DNA from: a virus
Lineage: Duplodnaviria; Caudoviricetes
DNA: 31,706 bases
IMG/VR virus record: IMGVR_UViG_3300030433_000923
Span: 1 to 31,706 of that record
Strand: one strand, 5' to 3'
Positions 26,760 to 31,706 of the stretch are shown in pieces. Made by a program: the position numbers and the translations under genes. The notes below the pieces were generated by a model. The model ran no database searches, had not been told where the DNA came from, and was given only the letters and a program-made list of their open reading frames with translations. Each line of letters starts with the position of its first letter. Positions within the stretch are counted from its first letter, which is position 1.

Positions 26760-26930
26760 ATGAAACAACTATTTAATTTTATTACCGATACAGGCATGAA
26801 AGATCTATTGCAGATAACTATTTCAGCGGTCTTGATGCTTGTTTTTTTTTATTTTTTATTTGTGTTTACTTGTGCCATTGATGATCAATGTGCAGCAATC
26901 TTTATGGAGGTAGCTCATGACAACTCCTAA
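26760..26930 (+). CDS. 56-aa membrane protein (not in the ORF track)
   Basis: MKQLFNFITDTGMKDLLQITISAVLMLVFFYFLFVFTCAIDDQCAAIFMEVAHDNS; AGGAG RBS; one TM helix then C-x5-C. Confidence 0.7.
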   Translation: MKQLFNFITDTGMKDLLQITISAVLMLVFFYFLFVFTCAIDDQCAAIFMEVAHDNS

Positions 26931-27867
26931 AAATAAATTTAGTAAAGACGGATATGAAGTCGGTGCATCTAAAGTTCCATTGATAGTAATTGGACAAGAC
27001 GATTTCGGAAACACAAGAGAACAACTTCGTTATAGGTTTATGGAAATAAGGTGTAATCCAGATATAGTACATTTGGAAAGTAAACAAAATAAAAATGCCA
27101 AGGATCGAGGTAACTATCTGGAAGATGGAATCGCCCATTGGGTATCCGATCAACTCGATAGTCTGTGTACTGATTCTGGTTCTGTTACATTTCGCAAACC
27201 CATTGATGCTTATCGTTTATCTAAATATAAAATGGCAGCATCGCTTGATGGTGTACTAACAATAGAAGGAGAACCAATACAGTATGATGATCCGCAAACG
27301 GGTAAGACGTTTACATTATCTGGCGAGGGTGTGTGTGAAATAAAAACTCAAGGTTATAACGACCATGTAACCTACGATCACATTCTACAACTGCAAACAC
27401 AGATGTTAGTAACAGGATTTAAGTGGGGTGTAATCGGACACCTTGGTCCTCGTTTGAAAATGCAGATGTTTGTGTTTGAATCTGATAAACAAATACAGAA
27501 AAAAATTGTTGAACGGGTCAAAGATTTTTGGCGAAGAGTGGAAAAGGGTACGCCTTATCCTGTCATAGCTGAATCAACAGAGAAAGTTTATTCTGATTGG
27601 TCGAATGATGACAAAGGTTTAACCAAACTTACCAACGACTATGATCTTGCCAAGGATGAAATAGAACGCTGGACAACTACAAAAGATCAACTCGCCAACG
27701 CTATCAAATCTATTCTTAAACAAGAGAATGCTAGTTATGTAAAGATCAGAGAGAAACAAATAGCCTGTGAATTAATAACTCGAAAAGCCACAGTTGAAAG
27801 AATTGTTCCAGCAAAACCCGCAAGTCAATATGAAAAACTTACAGTAAAGGAGATAAGTAATGAATGA
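26917..27867 (+). CDS. YqaJ / lambda-exonuclease family recombination nuclease
   Basis: VGASKV, RGNYLED, AASLDG, CEIKT, QLQTQMLVTG, FWRRV motifs; GGAGGT RBS. Confidence 0.88.
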   Translation: MTTPKNKFSKDGYEVGASKVPLIVIGQDDFGNTREQLRYRFMEIRCNPDIVHLESKQNKNAKDRGNYLEDGIAHWVSDQLDSLCTDSGSVTFRKPIDAYRLSKYKMAASLDGVLTIEGEPIQYDDPQTGKTFTLSGEGVCEIKTQGYNDHVTYDHILQLQTQMLVTGFKWGVIGHLGPRLKMQMFVFESDKQIQKKIVERVKDFWRRVEKGTPYPVIAESTEKVYSDWSNDDKGLTKLTNDYDLAKDEIERWTTTKDQLANAIKSILKQENASYVKIREKQIACELITRKATVERIVPAKPASQYEKLTVKEISNE

Positions 27868-28645
27868 ATTAGCAAATCAATTACAACAAGTAATATTAAA
27901 AGGAGATCTTAGAACCTTGTCGGATCAAGATAAATTAATCTATTATAAAAATGTGTGTGAAAGTATAGGTATCAATCCATTAACCAAACCTTTTGATTAC
28001 ATTGTTCTCAATAATAAACAAACTTTGTATGCAACTAAAAATTGTACCGATCAATTACGATCACTTCATAAGATTAGTATTACAATCAAAGAACAAAAAA
28101 TAGATAATGGTTTGTTGACAGTTATTGTGGAAGGATCGGATCGATCTGGACGACAAGATGCGGACATGGGTTTCGCAAATGTGCAAGGACTTCGAGGAGA
28201 AGCTCTCGGTAATGCCATGCTCAAAGCAGTAACAAAAGCAAAAAGAAGATTAACGCTATCAATTTGTGGACTCGGTGGATTTTTAGATGAAACCGAGGTA
28301 GAAGATCTCCCACAGAGAGCCGTCAGTAAGCAAAAGCAAGGGAAGATGACTCCTAGTACTCAAGATATATTAAAGGTTATTGACGAGTCTAATCCTCCCG
28401 TCTACACGCTAGTGCTACCAGGCGACAAAGAAAAGCATCATGACTCTTTGGAAACACTCGCTTTTACATTCAATGACCTGATGTTAGTAATAATTAATAA
28501 TCCTGATAAAGATAAAAAGGAGAAAGTTAAAACTATCGAGAAAGCATTTAAGGTAAATGAAAAAGTTATGAATCAATTAAAAGATTCGCACAAAAAAACC
28601 TACGATGAATTAACAACTAAGTTTGAGAATTTTAAAAATGGATAA
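27860..28645 (+). CDS. RecT/Red-beta-like single-strand annealing protein
   Basis: GDL..LS......YY..VCESIGINPLTKPF, LYA, NAMLKAVTKAKRRLTLSICGLG.LDETEVE; adjacent to the exonuclease. Confidence 0.75.
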   Translation: MNELANQLQQVILKGDLRTLSDQDKLIYYKNVCESIGINPLTKPFDYIVLNNKQTLYATKNCTDQLRSLHKISITIKEQKIDNGLLTVIVEGSDRSGRQDADMGFANVQGLRGEALGNAMLKAVTKAKRRLTLSICGLGGFLDETEVEDLPQRAVSKQKQGKMTPSTQDILKVIDESNPPVYTLVLPGDKEKHHDSLETLAFTFNDLMLVIINNPDKDKKEKVKTIEKAFKVNEKVMNQLKDSHKKTYDELTTKFENFKNG

Positions 28646-28853
28646 AAATTTTACACCACTTAGTCAGAAGGTTCTTGCTTTCATAAAAGAATATATGGAA
28701 CGAGAAAAGTTTGCACCCTCACAAATTGAAATCAAAGAACATTTCAAACATAAAACTTTGTCGGCAGTTCAACTCTCACTAAAAAGATTGGAGCAGTTAC
28801 AAAAGATTGAACGTGTCCGAGGGAAGGGGAGATCAATCAGACTTCTTGATTAA
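28638..28853 (+). CDS. LexA N-terminal DNA-binding-domain-only protein
   Basis: TPLSQKVLAFIKEY....FAPSQIEI....SAVQLSLKRLE....IERVRGKGRSI; no peptidase domain. Confidence 0.8.
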   Translation: MDKNFTPLSQKVLAFIKEYMEREKFAPSQIEIKEHFKHKTLSAVQLSLKRLEQLQKIERVRGKGRSIRLLD

Positions 28854-29278
28854 GCAAGCGCGCGCATGATAGTTGCTAATGATTCTGCTCTGGACTTGGT
28901 TTGTTTATGCCACCTAGAATCGAGCATTTGATTAGCAGCTTCAGCGTAATCTTCTTTGGCTAATGCTTCCCACATCTTTTTAAATTTACTGACACCACCT
29001 TTACCTAACTGAAATACCATCTCAACAATTACTTCTTTTGCTTTTGGTAACAAGGGTATTGATCCAATAAGATCCTCAGCTCCCTTGAGTGCATCATTGA
29101 AATCTGATTCAAAACAATCTTCCAAAATTTCTATATCGTACTGTTCATCATCTTCCCAGTTCTCATCAGATCTACAAAGGTGCCCCCACCCCACAGTTCT
29201 TTTACCCAGAGAATCTTTGTAGCAATAATTCCTAAATCCTTCATGGACTTTTATTCTGTCTTTTAATTTATCGTACAT
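28850..29278 (-). CDS. Endolysin, GH24 / T4-lysozyme-like
   Basis: IKVHEGFR...YKDSLGKRTVGWGHL (E-x8-D-x5-T triad), EMVFQLG..GVSKFKKM, MLDSRW.KQT..RA. Confidence 0.92.
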   Translation of the reverse strand: MYDKLKDRIKVHEGFRNYCYKDSLGKRTVGWGHLCRSDENWEDDEQYDIEILEDCFESDFNDALKGAEDLIGSIPLLPKAKEVIVEMVFQLGKGGVSKFKKMWEALAKEDYAEAANQMLDSRWHKQTKSRAESLATIMRALA

Positions 29279-29279
29279 A

Positions 29280-29462
29280 TTATTTATCTTTCAAATGTTT
29301 AAATAAAGTTTCGACCAGATCACTCTTACGAAATCTCCGATCTAATTCTATGCCATGCTTTCTACCTAATTTTTCTAACTCAGTTTTTGTCATGATCTGT
29401 AAATGAGTTATCTTTAATTTCTTCTTAGGTTTGACAAATATTTTTTTTAAAAAACTAAACAT
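29280..29462 (-). CDS. Small basic protein with helix-extension-helix (Rho-N/HeH-like) motif
   Basis: MTKTELEKLGRKHGIELDRRFRKSDLV; GGAGG RBS. Confidence 0.55.
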   Translation of the reverse strand: MFSFLKKIFVKPKKKLKITHLQIMTKTELEKLGRKHGIELDRRFRKSDLVETLFKHLKDK

Positions 29463-29470
29463 ACATCCTC

Positions 29471-29863
29471 CTATTTAGTAAGTTTCTTTGATTTCTCTAC
29501 AGTTCTGAGCGTTCCTAATCCCAGCATACCTAACAAAACTGTCATCAAAGTATCCATATCAAAACTTGGTAAATCCATTTTCATACCAAACAATGCTAGA
29601 AAAAATATTAAGAATGGTTGTATAATAAAATGATAACCCATAGCTAGAGTACAGATCCAGCCACAAGCGGGTCGCCATCCAGCAATCCACCAACTCCTTG
29701 ACTTTGCTTCTTCTTTGTTAACTTCGATCTGAGCTTTCGCAATCTCATGAGAATGTTTGTCAGCCATCGTTGCAATCTCATGTGCTAACTTATTCTTTTG
29801 ATCTTTGTCCTCTATAAATTTATCGAGCAATCCTGTAACTGGACCTATTAGTGCTTGAAACAT
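29471..29863 (-). CDS. Holin, GTA 3TM-type family
   Basis: LDKFIEDKDQK..LAHEI, QIEVNKEEA, GWRPACGWIC, LLGMLGLGTLRTVEK. Confidence 0.85.
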   Translation of the reverse strand: MFQALIGPVTGLLDKFIEDKDQKNKLAHEIATMADKHSHEIAKAQIEVNKEEAKSRSWWIAGWRPACGWICTLAMGYHFIIQPFLIFFLALFGMKMDLPSFDMDTLMTVLLGMLGLGTLRTVEKSKKLTK

Positions 29864-29876
29864 TTTACCTCCTTAG

Positions 29877-30350
29877 TTAAAACCATTTGAATATCTTTCC
29901 GTATATTACCACAGATAATAATACCAGGACAACAAGTACACCTATGCCAATAGCTTTCTTGATCTGTTCTCGTTCTTCCATCTCTCGTCGTAGTTGTTCC
30001 TTCTTTCTTTTTCGCAATCTCCCGATCTCTGCTTGAAGGTTCTCCCATTCCTGTAAACCATTGTCGGCATACAATAAAAAAATTTCTCGCAGACGATCTT
30101 TCTTTTCTTTGATTTCTTTTTTACGAAGGTATGCTGCCATAGCATCTTCTTCTATTGATGAGAGTCCTAACTTTGATAACATCCCACCCTTGCCTTTGTT
30201 AGCTGCATGAACATCAAGAGAACTTTCAGCGTTTGCCCATTTGGATACGCTACTCGCAAGGTCATGTATTTTTTTTCCTGTCTTGATTCCCTGTTCAATC
30301 AACGCTATTCCTGATTTACAAGCAGCGTATGCGGATAATGGATCAAGCAT
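29877..30350 (-). CDS. Conserved hypothetical protein with coiled coil and C-terminal TM helix
   Basis: MLDPLSAYAA start, charged coiled coil, AIGIGVLVVLVLLSVVIYG. Confidence 0.7.
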   Translation of the reverse strand: MLDPLSAYAACKSGIALIEQGIKTGKKIHDLASSVSKWANAESSLDVHAANKGKGGMLSKLGLSSIEEDAMAAYLRKKEIKEKKDRLREIFLLYADNGLQEWENLQAEIGRLRKRKKEQLRREMEEREQIKKAIGIGVLVVLVLLSVVIYGKIFKWF

Positions 30351-30351
30351 T

Positions 30352-30540
30352 TTACACTTTCATAAAGATAGAAATTAAAGCCACTACCACAGCAACAGTA
30401 TTACCCATGATAATTGTTTCTAATCTTTTGATTCTAGATTTTAGATCTCCAATATTTTCATGGATATTATTGTAGCGTTCCAAACATACTTCTTCATGCT
30501 TAGATATTCTCGCTTCATTCTTATCTGCTTTAGTTACCAT
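30352..30540 (-). CDS. Small coiled-coil membrane protein (lysis-module associated)
   Basis: HEEVCLERY..I......RIKRLE followed by hydrophobic VAVVVALISIF. Confidence 0.65.
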   Translation of the reverse strand: MVTKADKNEARISKHEEVCLERYNNIHENIGDLKSRIKRLETIIMGNTVAVVVALISIFMKV

Positions 30541-30563
30541 AATCCTATCTTCTATCGTTTATA

Positions 30564-30773
30564 CTATTTTTTTCTCAACAAATCTTTGTCCGCTTTTCTT
30601 GCTCCGCCTTTACCTGATACAAAAGATTTTACTCTTCCCATTGCCCAGGCGTGTGCTGAAGTTTTCGGTCTACTCCCGCTACTATAGTAAGCTCCAAGCC
30701 CGCGCCTATATACCTTATCGAGTGTTGATTTACCAAACCTTGACGCTCCTGGAATGCTTGAGTATTTACTCAT
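30564..30773 (-). CDS. Basic protein resembling the DUF5824 C-terminal region
   Basis: TLDKVYRRGLGAYYSSGSRP....AWAMGRVKSFV..G....ADKDL. Confidence 0.65.
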   Translation of the reverse strand: MSKYSSIPGASRFGKSTLDKVYRRGLGAYYSSGSRPKTSAHAWAMGRVKSFVSGKGGARKADKDLLRKK

Positions 30774-30880
30774 TTCTTTTTCTTCCTTAGTTTTGCAAGA
30801 TCAGCTCCTGTTATTTTGTTTCTGGGTTTTGCAACCGCAGCTAACTTCTTTTGTTTTGGACTATATTTACTGAATGGCAT
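30770..30880 (-). CDS. 36-aa basic micro-protein (not in the ORF track)
   Basis: MPFSKYSPKQKKLAAVAKPRNKITGADLAKLRKKKK; AAGGA RBS; ATGA overlap with the downstream gene. Confidence 0.75.
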   Translation of the reverse strand: MPFSKYSPKQKKLAAVAKPRNKITGADLAKLRKKKK

Positions 30881-30884
30881 TTTA

Positions 30885-31085
30885 TTATCCTTTACTCCTT
30901 TGTTTACTAATTTTATCCATCATTGCTGGTGTCAGTTTGCCTTGCCTATAAAGTCTGGCAGTTCTTTTTATCTCTGCTTCCCTTGCCTTTGGGTTCTTAG
31001 CTCCAGATACATACTTCTTTGGAACACCACCCTTCGTCTTGGGAACAGGATCAAACTTTCGCATCAATGTTCTTTTACTTCGCAT
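30885..31085 (-). CDS. Small basic protein
   Basis: 66 aa, GVPKKYVSGAKNPKAREAEIKRT; TAATG coupling to the upstream gene. Confidence 0.7.
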   Translation of the reverse strand: MRSKRTLMRKFDPVPKTKGGVPKKYVSGAKNPKAREAEIKRTARLYRQGKLTPAMMDKISKQRSKG

Positions 31086-31237
31086 TACTTACCAACTTCT
31101 TTTTGTGCCTTCTTATGTGCAGTAGAAAAAGAATCTCCCTTCATCATCAAGGTTCGCATCATCCTCATATGTTTTAGCGAATGATGTTTCTTATGTTTTT
31201 TAAGAGTATCCTCTTGTCGTTTAGTAAGTTTGCTCAT
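31085..31237 (-). CDS. 50-aa His/Lys/Met-rich protein (not in the ORF track)
   Basis: MSKLTKRQEDTLKKHKKHHSLKHMRMMRTLMMKGDSFSTAHKKAQKEVGK; tiles the gap exactly. Confidence 0.75.
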   Translation of the reverse strand: MSKLTKRQEDTLKKHKKHHSLKHMRMMRTLMMKGDSFSTAHKKAQKEVGK

Positions 31238-31238
31238 A

Positions 31239-31298
31239 TCACTTTTTCTTTTTTTTCTTATCCATCATTTTCTTTTTTTTTCCATAATGTCCTGGCAT
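31239..31298 (-). CDS. 19-aa poly-lysine micro-peptide (not in the ORF track)
   Basis: MPGHYGKKKKMMDKKKKKK; strong AAGGAG RBS; stop 1 nt before the next ATG. Confidence 0.65.
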   Translation of the reverse strand: MPGHYGKKKKMMDKKKKKK

Positions 31299-31312
31299 TG
31301 TTTCTCCTTTCT

Positions 31313-31609
31313 TTATTTAGGTTTCTCTGGCATAGTTACAGCTTTAGCTTTATCTACTGTATCTACATCTTTAGTTATATCTCTTAACTTCTGTCTATAA
31401 GTTTTCCAATCAGCAGACATAGTTAAATCTGACATTCCCATCCAATCACATTCAATTAAAAGGGCAGTTCTTTCTTGACGAATACTAGCCATAAGACGAT
31501 CATATTCTCCGTCAGACCATTCTTTATCTCGTTTCTCAAGCTCGGATATTTCTGTAGCAGTTAATTCTACTTCCTTACCATTAACCATTTTAGTTTTATA
31601 AATAGACAT
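31313..31609 (-). CDS. Tail (fibre) assembly chaperone
   Basis: IRQERTALLIECDW......W.TYRQKLRDIT.....P.KP motif; AGGAGGT RBS; follows the fibre cassette across the junction. Confidence 0.85.
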   Translation of the reverse strand: MSIYKTKMVNGKEVELTATEISELEKRDKEWSDGEYDRLMASIRQERTALLIECDWMGMSDLTMSADWKTYRQKLRDITKDVDTVDKAKAVTMPEKPK

Positions 31610-31706
31610 ATTTACCTCCTTTCTATTCTGTTATTCCATAAACTGTAAATTCACCTTTTGTTATATTACCACTTGCACCCATAAATTTAATATAATTCTG
31701 TGCTGT
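31609..31706. repeat. Terminal direct repeat, right copy
   Basis: Identical to 3-100. Confidence 0.95.

Noticed and set aside
26842-26857. T9-A-T6 tract as a phase-variation switch
   Set aside because: Explained by Phe codons in a TM helix of an AT-rich genome; the frame is intact
16873-30145. Alternative-frame minus-strand ORFs (16873-17061, 20963-21148, 23056-23256, 26902-27153, 29848-30048, 29942-30145)
   Set aside because: Nested in or antisense to better-supported genes, with no independent evidence
1-31706. CRISPR array, rRNA, IS element or auxiliary metabolic genes
   Set aside because: No regularly spaced repeats, transposase or recognisable metabolic enzyme seen

Overview
Apparently complete, circularly assembled genome (about 31.6 kb; positions 3-100 repeat exactly at 31609-31706) of an AT-rich, short-tailed (podovirus-type) dsDNA phage. 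Gene content and order resemble marine HTVC010P-like pelagiphages, so a marine alphaproteobacterial host is likely but is inference. A long minus-strand arm runs leftward from about 25.1 kb: small regulators, a DUF1064 nuclease, an HTH replication initiator with an internal iteron-type origin, TerS/TerL, a GNAT-like protein, portal, scaffold, major capsid, tail tubular A/B, four internal (ejection) proteins and a multi-gene tail-fibre cassette. It continues across the junction into basic micro-proteins, a holin and a lysozyme. A short plus-strand operon (25.3-28.85 kb) encodes an unknown protein, a serine recombinase, a small membrane protein, a YqaJ exonuclease, a RecT-like annealing protein and a LexA-DBD-only protein. 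No DNA/RNA polymerase, helicase, primase, tRNA, CRISPR or reverse transcriptase was seen. Most notable signals: (1) a two-hairpin RNA in the divergent control region whose loop is complementary to a 14-bp RBS shared by the first two rightward genes (candidate antisense switch); (2) a structured capsid-gene leader with a duplicated asymmetric internal loop; (3) two clusters of Lys/Arg-rich micro-proteins, several missed by the ORF track; (4) a GATC-free paralogous tail-fibre cassette; (5) an ejection protein carrying an EEIQSDW enzyme-like domain. All family assignments are from motif recognition, not database searches.
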